From: Oscillospiraceae bacterium | Lineage (GTDB): Bacteria; Bacillota; Clostridia; Oscillospirales; Acutalibacteraceae | DNA length: 26,900 nt | Direction of reading: 5' to 3' | NCBI GenBank assembly: GCA_021640185.1 | Contig: JAJXDX010000002.1 | Coordinates: forward strand, 1-26,900 | Shown here: positions 13,945 through 24,126 of the stretch, piece after piece | Layout: the number at the start of each line of letters is the position of its first letter | How positions within the stretch are numbered: position 1 is the stretch's first letter | The notes under the pieces: generated by a model | Told to the model about the DNA's origin: nothing | The model's database searches: none | Seen by the model: only the letters and a program-made list of their open reading frames with translations | Translations under genes and position numbers: made by a program

Positions 13945-16734
13945 ATGCACAGACGGTTTTTCTCCGTCGTCCTCGTCCTTCTGCTCACCGCGGGCCTGTA
14001 TGTACAGGCGGCCGCCGGCGAAGCGCCCGGCGGGGCGGCCGAAGCGAGCGCCGCCGAAGCTGCCGGAACGGCCGAGGGCGAAGGCAGCTACGGGCAGTAT
14101 CTTTCGCTGTCCGACGGCGCGGACGTTCGCGGCGAGGCCATCGTCCTGCCCGCCGGGCAGGCGGAGCAGACCGCGGGCAGCACGACGTGGACGGCGGATA
14201 TCCCGCAGACCGGGCGCTATCACCTGAAGGTGCGCTATCGGCCGGATGCATCCTCCTTTGCCGAGATCTTGCGGCGGCTGCTGGCGGACGGCGCGGTGCC
14301 GTACCGGGAGCTGGACGGCTTCGCGCTGCCGCAGGAATATCGCGACGACGGCCCGGTCAAGACCGACATCTACGGCAACGAGATCCGTCCGCAGCAGGTC
14401 GCTGCCGGGCGGATCACCGAAAATTATCTCTTCGACTATGCCGGGGCATACAGCGAACCGCTGAGCCTTTGCCTGACGCAGGGCACGCATCGCCTGACGC
14501 TGGAGGATATCTCCGGCAAAGCGGAGGTGATCGCGCTGATCCTCGTCCCGGCGGGCGAGCTTGCCGACTATTCGGCCTATGCCGCGCGCCATGCGCAGCA
14601 GCCGGTCTATACCGGCGAGCCCATCACGCTGGAGGCCGAGCAGTCGGCCTATCGCTCCGACCAGACGCTGTACGCCGTCGGCGACAAGTCGTCGCCGCTG
14701 GTATCGCCGAGCGAGATCGGCAAGATCCGCCTCAATACCGTGGGCGGTTACCGCTGGGCCACGGTGCACCAGTATATCGTCTGGAACGTGACGGTGCCGA
14801 GCGACGGGCTGTACACGATCTCGTTCAAAGTGCGGCAGAACGTGAACGCCGCACAGCGATCCGGCCGCATCCTGTACATCAACGGCGAGATCCCCTTCCG
14901 CGAGGCGGCACGGCTCACCGTGCCGTATTCCACCCGGTGGCAGCGGCTCTGCCCCGGCGACGGGGAATGGCGTTTTTATCTGCACGAGGGCGTCAACGAG
15001 ATCCGTCTGGAGGCGACGCTCGGACAGAACGATGCGACGCTGCGCACGCTGGAGGACAGCGTGCAGACGCTCAACACGATCTACCGCAAGCTGCTGATCG
15101 TCATCGGCCCCCAGCCGGACACGGCGCGGGACTATAAGCTCGATAAGCTCGTCCCGGAACAGCTCGCCCGGATGGCCGAGCAGGCCGAAACGCTGCGTGC
15201 TTGTGCCGATGCGCTGGAGGAATTCAACGGCGGGCGCAACGCCGGCGTGGGGCTGTTGCACACGATGGAGCGTCAACTCAAACGGATGAGCGACGATCCG
15301 GACAAGGTCGCGGGCGAGTTCTCGCAGTTCAAAACGAACATCGGCGCGCTTGGCACGTGGCTGTCCACGGCCAAGCAGCAACCGCTGGCCGTCGACTGTC
15401 TGACCGTCGGCGGCAGTCCGGCGGAGGAGCCGCCGCTCAACGCCGGCTGGTTCGCCCAGACCGCGTTCGATCTTAAGGAGTTTCTCTGCTCTTTCGTGAC
15501 CGATTACCGCAGCATCGGCGAGATGGAGGAAGGCTCCTCTTCCTCGCTGAAGGTGTGGGTGTCCTCCGGCCGCGATCAGGCGCAGGTGCTGCGCAGCATG
15601 ATCAGCGACAGCTTCACGCCGGCCGAGGGCGTCCACGTGCAGCTGGAGCTGGTGGCGAACGATGCGCTTTTGCCCGCGGTCGTGGCCGGCACCGGCCCGG
15701 ACGTGAGCGTCAGCACCGGTGACGTCATCAACTTCGCCATGCGCCACGCCGCCTGCGACCTGACGCAGATGCCCGGCTTCGCGGAAGTCGCGGCGCGCTT
15801 CCCTGCCGCGCGGCTCATCCCGCTGCGCTATGTCGGCGGGATCTATGCTCTGCCGGAGAACTTGGCGTTCTCCGTGCTGTTCTATCGCACGGACATTTTG
15901 GCGGAGCTGGGGCTGAGCGTGCCCGAAACGTGGGACGATGTGCGCGCCATGACCTCGGTGCTGTCCAAAAACAATATGGAGTTCGGCCTCCCTGCGGGCA
16001 ACGGCTCGTTTTTGCTGCTGCTGCGGCAGAGCGGCGTGCCGATCTATGAGGGCGACGGGATCTCCTGCTTGCTCGATCAGCCGGATGCGGTCAACGTTTT
16101 CCGCAGCTACACCGCCCTGTACGCCAACTACGGTCTGCCGCTGTCTTACGATCTGGTCAACCGCTTCCGCACGGGCGAGATGCCGGTGGCCGTGGCCGAT
16201 TTCGGCATCTACAACACCCTGTCGGTGGCCGCGCCGGAGATCCGCGGGCTGTGGGCGTTCACCAAGGTGCCGGGCACGCCGCGGGCGGACGGCACCGTCG
16301 ACCATACGACGCTGGCCGGCGGCTCGGCCGCCATGCTTTTGGCGAACGCCGCCGACCGCGATGCGGGCTGGACGTTCCTCAAATGGTGGACGTCGCCCGA
16401 CGTACAGGCCCGCTACGCGCGGGAGCTGGAGAGCGTCCTCGGTCCGTCCGGCCGCTATACCTCGGCCGCGACGGAGGCGTTCGCCCGTTCGTCTTGGTCG
16501 GCCGAGGATATGCGGGTGCTGCAGGCGCAGCTTGCCGAGAGCAGCGCGATCGAGCAGGTGCCGGGCGGTTATCTGATGACGCGGCATCTGGACAATGCTT
16601 TCCGCAATGTGGTCTATAACGCGAAGGATCCGATGGATATGCTGTTCGACTATGTGTATAAGATCGACCGCGAGCTGACGGAAAAGCGGCAGGAGTTCGG
16701 CCTGCCCGTCGCCGCGCAGGAGGGACAGGGATGA
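13945..16734 (+). CDS. Large (929 aa) extracellular solute-binding protein: signal peptide, two CBM-like beta-sandwich modules, helical linker, family-1 sugar-binding domain
   Basis: ATG after AAGGAG; hydrophobic signal ending VQAAA; WTADIPQTGRYHLKVRY and LEAE...WNVTVPSDGLYTISFKV repeats; C-terminal LFYRTDILAELGLSVPETWDD, FRTGEMPV, WTFLKWW. Confidence 0.88.
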   Translation: MHRRFFSVVLVLLLTAGLYVQAAAGEAPGGAAEASAAEAAGTAEGEGSYGQYLSLSDGADVRGEAIVLPAGQAEQTAGSTTWTADIPQTGRYHLKVRYRPDASSFAEILRRLLADGAVPYRELDGFALPQEYRDDGPVKTDIYGNEIRPQQVAAGRITENYLFDYAGAYSEPLSLCLTQGTHRLTLEDISGKAEVIALILVPAGELADYSAYAARHAQQPVYTGEPITLEAEQSAYRSDQTLYAVGDKSSPLVSPSEIGKIRLNTVGGYRWATVHQYIVWNVTVPSDGLYTISFKVRQNVNAAQRSGRILYINGEIPFREAARLTVPYSTRWQRLCPGDGEWRFYLHEGVNEIRLEATLGQNDATLRTLEDSVQTLNTIYRKLLIVIGPQPDTARDYKLDKLVPEQLARMAEQAETLRACADALEEFNGGRNAGVGLLHTMERQLKRMSDDPDKVAGEFSQFKTNIGALGTWLSTAKQQPLAVDCLTVGGSPAEEPPLNAGWFAQTAFDLKEFLCSFVTDYRSIGEMEEGSSSSLKVWVSSGRDQAQVLRSMISDSFTPAEGVHVQLELVANDALLPAVVAGTGPDVSVSTGDVINFAMRHAACDLTQMPGFAEVAARFPAARLIPLRYVGGIYALPENLAFSVLFYRTDILAELGLSVPETWDDVRAMTSVLSKNNMEFGLPAGNGSFLLLLRQSGVPIYEGDGISCLLDQPDAVNVFRSYTALYANYGLPLSYDLVNRFRTGEMPVAVADFGIYNTLSVAAPEIRGLWAFTKVPGTPRADGTVDHTTLAGGSAAMLLANAADRDAGWTFLKWWTSPDVQARYARELESVLGPSGRYTSAATEAFARSSWSAEDMRVLQAQLAESSAIEQVPGGYLMTRHLDNAFRNVVYNAKDPMDMLFDYVYKIDRELTEKRQEFGLPVAAQEGQG

Positions 16735-17663
16735 GCAAGAACACAGGCGGAGCGGGCATCCCGCGGCAAAGAAGGATCGGGCCGGGGCAACGCCGGGACA
16801 TGATCTTTTCCTATGCCTATCTGCTGCCCTTCCTGCTGATCTTCTTTACGTTCACCGTCGTGCCGGTGGTCGTGTCCATCGGCCTGTCTTTCACCGATTA
16901 TAACATCCTCGAGCCGCCGCGGTTCATCTTTTTGCAGAACTATCTCAAGCTGTTCCTGTCGGACGACGAGTTCCTGATTGCCGTGAAGAACACGCTGATC
17001 ATCGCGGTCATCACCGGGCCGGTCGGCTATATCCTCTCGCTGCTGTTCGCGTGGTCGATCAACGAGTTGCGGCCGATGCTGCGTGCGATCATGGTGCTGG
17101 TGTTTTATGCGCCGTCGATCTCCGGCGGCGTGTATATGATCTGGACGATCATGTTCAGCGGCGATGCCTACGGCTATATGAACGCGCTGCTGCTGTACAC
17201 CGGGGTCATCGATACGCCGATCCAGTGGCTGACCGACCCCAAGTATATGCTGGGGCTGGTGATCGTCGTCATGCTGTGGATGAGCCTCGGCGCCGGCTTT
17301 TTGTCGTTCGTGGCCGGCCTGCAAACGGTCGACCGCTCGTATTACGAGGTCGGCTACATCGAGGGGATCCGTGACCGGTGGCAGGAGCTTTGGTTCATCA
17401 CGCTGCCGCACATGAAGCCGCAGCTGATGTTCGGCGCGGTGATGAGCATCACCTCCTCCTTTGCCGTGGGCGATGTGACCACGGTGCTGTGCGGCTTCCC
17501 CAGCACGGACTATGCCGCGCACACGATCCTCAACCACCTGCAGGACTACGGCGGCATCCGGTTCGATATGGGGTACGCCAGCGCGATCGCCACGGTGCTG
17601 TTCGTTTTCATGGTCGGCACGAACCGGGCGGTGCAGCGCCTGCTGTCCAAGGTCGGCGAATGA
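16731..17663 (+). CDS. Carbohydrate ABC transporter permease (MalF/UgpA-like)
   Basis: Multiple TM segments; LSFTDYN; degenerate EAA loop YYEVGYIEG...WFITLP; MGYASAIA. Confidence 0.93.
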   Translation: MSKNTGGAGIPRQRRIGPGQRRDMIFSYAYLLPFLLIFFTFTVVPVVVSIGLSFTDYNILEPPRFIFLQNYLKLFLSDDEFLIAVKNTLIIAVITGPVGYILSLLFAWSINELRPMLRAIMVLVFYAPSISGGVYMIWTIMFSGDAYGYMNALLLYTGVIDTPIQWLTDPKYMLGLVIVVMLWMSLGAGFLSFVAGLQTVDRSYYEVGYIEGIRDRWQELWFITLPHMKPQLMFGAVMSITSSFAVGDVTTVLCGFPSTDYAAHTILNHLQDYGGIRFDMGYASAIATVLFVFMVGTNRAVQRLLSKVGE

Positions 17664-17691
17664 TGCGATATTCGATGGAGGGCAAGAGCCG

Positions 17692-18555
17692 ATGGCAACA
17701 AAAAGCATACTGAAAGGGCGGCCGGGGCGCTCGCGCGCGGGCGATGCCGTCAACGCGCTGCTGCTGATCGTTGCCGGAGCATTCATGCTCCTGCCGATGG
17801 TGTTCGTGGTCAGCAACGCCTTCAAGCCGCTCGACGAGCTGTTCGTTTACCCGCCGCGGCTGTTCGTGCGCAACCCCACGTGGGACAACTTCGCCGCGCT
17901 CGGTTCGATATTCACCGATTCGTGGGTGCCGTTCTCCCGCTACATCTTCAACACCGTGTTCATCACCGCCGCCTCGACGCTCGGGCAGGTCGCGATCGCG
18001 TCCATGGCCGGCTACGTGCTGGAGAAAAAACGCGTGCCGGGCATCCGGGCACTGTTCCAGATCGTCGTCATGTCGCTGATGTTCACCTCCGGCCTGACGG
18101 CGATCCCGAACTACGTCATCATGAGCCGTCTGCATTGGATCGATACCTACGCGGCGCTGATCGTTCCGGCGTGCGGCGCATCGATCGGGGTGTTCCTGAT
18201 GAAGCAGTTCATGAGCAACGTCCCGGACACGATCTTGGAGGCCGCGCGCGTCGACGGCGCCGGGGAGCAGCGCATCTTCTGGCGCATCGTCATGCCGAAC
18301 GTCCGTCCGGCATGGCTGACGCTCATCATCTTTACCGTACAAAGTATGTGGGGGACGACCGGCGGCACGTTCCTTTACCGTGAGGAGCTCAAGCCCCTGC
18401 CCTATGCGCTCAGCCAGATCGTGTCCAGCGGCATCGCACGCACCGGCGCGGGCGCGGCCGTTTCCCTTTTGATGATGTCCGTTCCGATCGTGACGTTCGT
18501 CCTTACGCAGAGGAACGTTTTGCAGACGATGATGTCCTCGGGGATCAAGGAATGA
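17692..18555 (+). CDS. Carbohydrate ABC transporter permease (MalG/UgpE-like)
   Basis: ILEAARVDGAGEQRIFWRIVMP EAA loop; ATG 17692 after GGAGGG. Confidence 0.93.
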   Translation: MATKSILKGRPGRSRAGDAVNALLLIVAGAFMLLPMVFVVSNAFKPLDELFVYPPRLFVRNPTWDNFAALGSIFTDSWVPFSRYIFNTVFITAASTLGQVAIASMAGYVLEKKRVPGIRALFQIVVMSLMFTSGLTAIPNYVIMSRLHWIDTYAALIVPACGASIGVFLMKQFMSNVPDTILEAARVDGAGEQRIFWRIVMPNVRPAWLTLIIFTVQSMWGTTGGTFLYREELKPLPYALSQIVSSGIARTGAGAAVSLLMMSVPIVTFVLTQRNVLQTMMSSGIKE

Positions 18556-20672
18556 GGTGCAACACCAAGATGCGTTCGCACAAAAGCAGAGCACGGGCCG
18601 CCGCAGCGGCCGTGCTGCTTTCGCTGCTGTTCGGCACGGCCGTCGGTGCCGCGGCCGAGAGCAGCGGCAGCTATCTGTACGACGAGCAGGGGCGTGCCGT
18701 CGCCGCACCGGAGGCCGCCGTCCTCAGCCGGTCGTTCACCGGGGACGAGGCCGGCACCTTCCGCTCCCCCGGCGACCTGTTCCTGACCGAGGATGCGCTG
18801 TACGTCGCCGACAGCGGCAACGCGCGCGTCGTCGTCCTCGACCGGCAGACCGGCGCCCTGCGCCGCACGCTCACCGGTGCCGTCGGTGAAGACGGCACGC
18901 TTTTACCGTTCGTCAAGCCCGTGGGGCTGCACGTGACGGCGGCGGGCGAGATCTTCGTGGCGGACAGCGAGGCTGCCGCCGTGCTCTGGCTCGATGCGCA
19001 AGGGCGCCTCATCCGTCGGCTGGAGCAGCCGACGGCCGACACGCTGCCCGAGGGGATGTATTTCAAGCCCACGAAGGTGTCCGTCGACGCCGCCGGGCGG
19101 ATCTTCGTCGTGTCGGAAGGGTTCAACATGGGCCTGCTCGAGTTCGATCAGCAGGGTAGGTTCCTGCGGTCGATGGGCGCGCCGGCCGTGGCCGTCAGCG
19201 CCGTCGAGCTGCTGTGGCGCCGCCTGATGACGAAGGAACAGCGTGCGCGCACCGTCGCGAACGTGCCGACGGAATACAGCAACGTCACGGCGGACGACGA
19301 GGGCTTTTTGTTCGTGACCACTTCCGCCTATGAATACTGGCAGTTCCGGCAGGGCAAGATCCGGCCGCTGCGCCGGCTCAACGCCAAGGGCAGCGACGTG
19401 CTGGGGCAGAGCGACGCGCCGATCGGCGATCAGGACTATCCCGAGAGCGCGACGCACGGCGCGATCTATTACGGCCCGTCGACGCTCGTGGACGTCTGCC
19501 TGCTGCCGTCCGGCTGCTATGCCGTGCTCGACCAAAAGCGCGGCCGCGTTTTCGCCTATACGTCGGACGGGGATCTGATGTATGTTTTCGGCGGCAGCGG
19601 CGACCGCCGCGGCGCGCTGTCGCTCCCGACGGCCATCGCCTATGACGACGGCGATTTTTACATCGCCGATGCCGGACGCGGCGAGATCCTCCGTTTTTCC
19701 CTGACCGAATACGGCCGCCTGTTCTCTGCCGTGGCCGAGGCGCGTGCCGCGATCGACTGCGAACGCGAGGGCGCCTTGTGGGAGCAGATCCTGCAGGAGA
19801 ACGCCAACTGCACGCTGGCCGTGCGCGGGCTGGGCCTTGCGGCCTACCGCCGTCAGGATATGCGGCAGGCGATGACGTATTTCCGCCGGGCGAACGACCG
19901 GGAGGACTGGTCGAAAGCGTTCGCGTTCGTGCGGCGCGCCTGGATCGAGGATCACGCGGTGCTGCTGCTCGTCATCGTCGCAGCCGCGGTGGCCGCGGCG
20001 CGTCTGCTTTCGCGGCTGCGGCGGCGCGCGGCCGAAACGGCGCCCAAAGGTTCGCTGCGGGCGGCGCTGCTGTACGCCGGCCGCGTCAGCATCCATCCGC
20101 TCTCCGGCTTTTGGGACCTTAAGCGGGAGCGGCGTGGCAGCCTTCCGGCAGCATTGCTGCTGTTTTCCGCCGCCTGCGTCGTGACCGTGCTGTCCGCCGT
20201 TTGCACGGGCTTCCTGTTCAACCAAAACGATCGGCAGAGCTACGACCTGTTCGGCACGCTCGCCTATCTGGCGGTCGGCTTTTTGCTCTGGTGTGTCAGT
20301 CAGTGGAGCGTCACGGCGCTGCTCGACGGCGAGGGCACGTTCAGGGACATCGTCACGGCCACCGGCTATGCCTGTACGCCGTACATCGCCCTGCAGCTTT
20401 TGGGGCTGCTGTGCAGCAACGTGATGATCCGGACCGAAGGCGACCTGCACACCGTGATCCTGACGCTGTCGTACCTGTGGCTCGTCGCCCTGCTGATCCT
20501 CGGCATGAAACAGACCCATGACATGAGCATGGCCAAAACGTTCCTCGTGCTGCTCATCATGCTGGTCGCGATCTTGCTGATCGTGTTCGTCGCGATGCTG
20601 CTGCTCGCACTGTATCAGCAGATGGGCGCGTTCATCCGGGATCTGTACGACGAGATCGTGCTGCGGCTGTGA
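18552..20672 (+). CDS. Secreted NHL-repeat beta-propeller + TPR-like segment + TM anchor fused to a Yip1-like multi-TM domain
   Basis: Signal peptide; NHL repeats (PGDLFL..LYVADSGNARV, PVGLHV..IFVADS, PTKVSVD..IFVV, PTAIAY..FYIAD); TPR-like GLGLAAYRRQDMRQAMTYFRRA; HPLSGFWDLKRE followed by about 5 TM segments. Start could be 18570. Confidence 0.8.
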   Translation: MRCNTKMRSHKSRARAAAAAVLLSLLFGTAVGAAAESSGSYLYDEQGRAVAAPEAAVLSRSFTGDEAGTFRSPGDLFLTEDALYVADSGNARVVVLDRQTGALRRTLTGAVGEDGTLLPFVKPVGLHVTAAGEIFVADSEAAAVLWLDAQGRLIRRLEQPTADTLPEGMYFKPTKVSVDAAGRIFVVSEGFNMGLLEFDQQGRFLRSMGAPAVAVSAVELLWRRLMTKEQRARTVANVPTEYSNVTADDEGFLFVTTSAYEYWQFRQGKIRPLRRLNAKGSDVLGQSDAPIGDQDYPESATHGAIYYGPSTLVDVCLLPSGCYAVLDQKRGRVFAYTSDGDLMYVFGGSGDRRGALSLPTAIAYDDGDFYIADAGRGEILRFSLTEYGRLFSAVAEARAAIDCEREGALWEQILQENANCTLAVRGLGLAAYRRQDMRQAMTYFRRANDREDWSKAFAFVRRAWIEDHAVLLLVIVAAAVAAARLLSRLRRRAAETAPKGSLRAALLYAGRVSIHPLSGFWDLKRERRGSLPAALLLFSAACVVTVLSAVCTGFLFNQNDRQSYDLFGTLAYLAVGFLLWCVSQWSVTALLDGEGTFRDIVTATGYACTPYIALQLLGLLCSNVMIRTEGDLHTVILTLSYLWLVALLILGMKQTHDMSMAKTFLVLLIMLVAILLIVFVAMLLLALYQQMGAFIRDLYDEIVLRL

Positions 20673-20706
20673 GCCGGCACGGGACGACGGGCAAAAGGAG
20701 GAGCAA

Positions 20707-23229
20707 ATGAAAAGATATGCGCTTTCCGCAGGCTGCCTGCTGAGCATGGTGCTGCTGCTGTCCTCCTGCGGCGCAGACATCGCGGAGGCTTGGGATCCGG
20801 CGCTCGCCTACGGCAGCGGCCACACGCAGAACACGGTGGCCGAGGAGGATCTTCGCCTGTATGCCGAGAACGACCGCCTTGCGCTGTGGATCGACGAGAA
20901 CACGACCGCGTTCACGGTCGTGCAGAAAGACACCGGCCGCCGGTGGAGCTCCGCCGACCCGGAGAGCGAGGCGGGCACGGCGGGGCGCGCGCTCATGGCG
21001 CTGACCTATCTGACCCCCGGCGGCACGCTCGCCACCGTGGACACGATGTCCGCCTGCGTGGCCGACGGCCAATACACCTGCGAAAAGACCGACGACGGCG
21101 CCGAGATCACCTATTGCGTCGGCGAGATGACCGGGCAGCTCAAGATCCCTCTGGCGCTGTCCGAGGAGCGCTTCGCGGCGGTCTGCGAGAGTATCGGGGA
21201 CGAGTTCTCCCGCGCACGGGTCGAGAACGATTACCGCTTGGCCGAGCAGAACGACGCCGAACTGATCGGGCGGTATCCGCTGCTTGCACAGCAGCCGCTG
21301 TACATCCTCAGCGATACGGTGCAGGCTTCGGCCGAGCAGCAGAAGCGTCTGGCGGCCATCCTGCAGGAGGCCGGCTACGACGCGGCACAGTATCAGGCCG
21401 ACAGCGCCTTTTTTCCGCAGGACGGAGAAGAGGAGGAAACGCCGGTCTTCCGTGTCGTGCTGCGGCTGCGGCTGACCGAGGACGAGCTGATCGTGACCGT
21501 GCCGGGTGATGAGCTGCGTATGCGCAGCTCTTACCCGCTGACCTCCATCGATCTGCTGCCGCGCTTCGGCGCGCCGGCGCGGGGCGACGACGGCTATTTC
21601 CTTTTGCCCGACGGCAGCGGCGCGCTCATGCGATACTATAACGGCAAGGGCGCCGCACAGGCCTATGTGCTGCCCCTGTACGGCATGGACGATGCACAGG
21701 CGCCGACGGAGCTCGTTTCGCCTTATCCGGAGGTCTATCTGCCGGTGTTCGGCATGAAAAACGGCGACAGCGCCGTTTTGGCCACGATCGGCGAGGGCGA
21801 TGCGATCGCCGAGATCCGCGCCTTCCCCGGCAGCGACAGCGGCTGCGCCTACGTGAACGCCGCGTTCAGCCTGCGCGCCACGTGCCGTTCGGCGCTGCAG
21901 ACCGGCAAGGCGAACGACTATTTCATGATCGCCCAGAGCAAGCGCTACACCGGCGATCTGACCGTCCGCTATGCGTTCCTCTCCGGGGAGCAGGCGGACT
22001 ACAACGGGATGGCCGCCTACGTGCAGCGGCAGATCTTCGGCGGCAGCGAGCCGCTGACGCCGGAGGCACCGCCCGTCGTGACCGAATACGTCGGCCTTAT
22101 CCGCAAGACCGAGAGCTTCCTCGGCCTGTCCTACGAGAAAAAGGTGCCGATGACGACGTTCGCACAGGTGACGGAGCACACGGCCGATCTGCAGGCGAAC
22201 GGCCTGCGCGGGCTGCGGGTGAAGCTGTCCGGCTGGTTCGGCGGCGGGTATCTGCACGGCTTCGCCGGCGGCGCGCGCGCGGAGCGCGCGCTCGGCGGCC
22301 TTGCCGGGGCGCAGGCGCTGGCCGAACGCCTGCGGCAGGACGGCGTCCCCCTGTTTTTCGATGCCGATATCCAGTACACCTACGACCGCTCGCTCGGCGA
22401 CGGGTTCTCTGTCCGGCGGGATACCGTGCGCCTGCTCGATCACGGTGCCGGCAGCGTGTATCCCTATGACCGCGCGACCATGCAGCGGGACAGCGAGCGC
22501 ACCGGCTATATCCACACGCCGCAGGCGACGGCGCGGGCGCTCTCCGGATATCTCGATAGCCTGTCCGCCGTCGGCGACGTCGGGCTGTCCCTGCGCCACG
22601 CCGGAAACAAGATCGCCGCCGACTATTCCGAAAAGCAGCCGGCCGACCGGCAAACGGCACTCGAGAGCCTGACCGCGGCCGTCGCGCAGGCGGCCGGGCA
22701 GCGCAGCCTGATGATCGGCGGTGCCAATGCCCGCATCCTGCCGTATGCCGATATCTGCCTCGATCTGCCGCTCACCTCGTCCGGGTCTTCCCTGACCGAC
22801 GAGAGCGTCCCGTTTTTGCCGATGGTGCTCAGCGGCTATGTGCGCTTCACCGGCACGGCCCGCAGCCTCGAGGGCGACCGCGAGGGACAGCTGCTGCATC
22901 TGGCACAGACGGCCGGCGGCCTTTCCTATGTGTTGACCGCGCAGAACGGCCGGGAGGTGACGGACGGTCCGTGCGCCTTCCTGTATTCCACCGACTTCGC
23001 CTACTGGCGCAGCGACCTGCTGCAGACCGCCGTCGGCTACCAGAGCGCGCTCGACGGCCTTTCCGGGCGAAGGATCGTCCGCTATGACCGGGTGGGCGAC
23101 GGCGTATACCGCACGACGTTCGCCGGCGGGGCGACCGTCACCGTCAACTACGGCGACAGCGCCGTGACCGTCGACGGAGAGCCGCTGTCCGCCCGCAGCT
23201 TCACCGTCCGGAACGGACAGGAGGGATGA
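20707..23229 (+). CDS. DUF5696-like lipoprotein (840 aa), possible GH101/GH129-like barrel
   Basis: Lipobox LSSC; RBS AAGGAGG; LPDGSGAL, LPVFG, MTTF...SGWFGGG...LGG, VPFLPMVLSG, VTVNY motifs. Confidence 0.75.
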   Translation: MKRYALSAGCLLSMVLLLSSCGADIAEAWDPALAYGSGHTQNTVAEEDLRLYAENDRLALWIDENTTAFTVVQKDTGRRWSSADPESEAGTAGRALMALTYLTPGGTLATVDTMSACVADGQYTCEKTDDGAEITYCVGEMTGQLKIPLALSEERFAAVCESIGDEFSRARVENDYRLAEQNDAELIGRYPLLAQQPLYILSDTVQASAEQQKRLAAILQEAGYDAAQYQADSAFFPQDGEEEETPVFRVVLRLRLTEDELIVTVPGDELRMRSSYPLTSIDLLPRFGAPARGDDGYFLLPDGSGALMRYYNGKGAAQAYVLPLYGMDDAQAPTELVSPYPEVYLPVFGMKNGDSAVLATIGEGDAIAEIRAFPGSDSGCAYVNAAFSLRATCRSALQTGKANDYFMIAQSKRYTGDLTVRYAFLSGEQADYNGMAAYVQRQIFGGSEPLTPEAPPVVTEYVGLIRKTESFLGLSYEKKVPMTTFAQVTEHTADLQANGLRGLRVKLSGWFGGGYLHGFAGGARAERALGGLAGAQALAERLRQDGVPLFFDADIQYTYDRSLGDGFSVRRDTVRLLDHGAGSVYPYDRATMQRDSERTGYIHTPQATARALSGYLDSLSAVGDVGLSLRHAGNKIAADYSEKQPADRQTALESLTAAVAQAAGQRSLMIGGANARILPYADICLDLPLTSSGSSLTDESVPFLPMVLSGYVRFTGTARSLEGDREGQLLHLAQTAGGLSYVLTAQNGREVTDGPCAFLYSTDFAYWRSDLLQTAVGYQSALDGLSGRRIVRYDRVGDGVYRTTFAGGATVTVNYGDSAVTVDGEPLSARSFTVRNGQEG

Positions 23230-23232
23230 GCC

Positions 23233-24126
23233 ATGCGCCAAAAACACCTTTCTCTGGAAAAGCGACAGCGGCGGGTCGGCTATCTGTTTTTGCTGCCCTT
23301 TGCGGTGGGCGCGCTGTTCTTTATCCTCTACCCTATCCTGCTGTCGCTTCGTTTCAGCGTCAGCGAGGTCATCCCTACCGTGACCGGCTACACGCTGCGC
23401 TTCGTCGGCGCGGAGAACTTCCGGTATCTCTTCCAAAAGGATCCGAATTTCGTGCGCACGCTGGTCGAAACGCTGCGCACGATGCTGCTGAGCGTCCCGA
23501 TCGTGCTCGTGTTCAGCTTTTTCATCGCCAGCCTGCTCGATCAGGAGTTCGTCGGCCGTTCGCTGGCCAGAGCGATCCTGTTTTTGCCGCTGATCGTGTC
23601 CTCCGGCGCCGTGTCGCGCCTGATGGCGTCCGATACCCTCGGCAGCACCATCGCCGAAAAGGGTACGTCCTCCGGCACGGAGCTGTCGACCGCGTTCGTC
23701 GCTTTTTTGGAGCAGTTCAAGATCAGCGATACCGTCACCGGCGTGCTGGTCTCGGCCATCGAGAACATCGGCACCGTTTTGGCGATGTCCGCCATCCCGA
23801 TCGTGATCTTTCTGGCCGGGCTGCGGTCGATCTCTCCGTCGATCTACGAGGCGTCTTATGTGGAAGGCGCCACGAAATGGGAGGTCTTTTGGAAGATCAG
23901 CCTGCCCATGATCAGCCCTCTCGTGCTCGTCGTCATCCTGTACTGCGTCATCGACCAGTTCACCAGGGCCGACAACGCCGTTTTGCAGAACGTGTGGGAC
24001 ATCTGCTTCAACGAGGTGCGCTTCGGCCGCGGCAGCGCCATGGCGTGGGTGTATCTGGCGATCGTGCTGGCGATCCTGACGGCGGTCTACCTGATCGTCG
24101 ACCGTTTCGTTTTTTACAATGACTGA
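23233..24126 (+). CDS. Carbohydrate ABC transporter permease (MalF/UgpA-like)
   Basis: IFLAGLRSISPSIYEASYVEGATKWEVFWKISLP; FGRGSAMAW. Confidence 0.93.
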   Translation: MRQKHLSLEKRQRRVGYLFLLPFAVGALFFILYPILLSLRFSVSEVIPTVTGYTLRFVGAENFRYLFQKDPNFVRTLVETLRTMLLSVPIVLVFSFFIASLLDQEFVGRSLARAILFLPLIVSSGAVSRLMASDTLGSTIAEKGTSSGTELSTAFVAFLEQFKISDTVTGVLVSAIENIGTVLAMSAIPIVIFLAGLRSISPSIYEASYVEGATKWEVFWKISLPMISPLVLVVILYCVIDQFTRADNAVLQNVWDICFNEVRFGRGSAMAWVYLAIVLAILTAVYLIVDRFVFYND

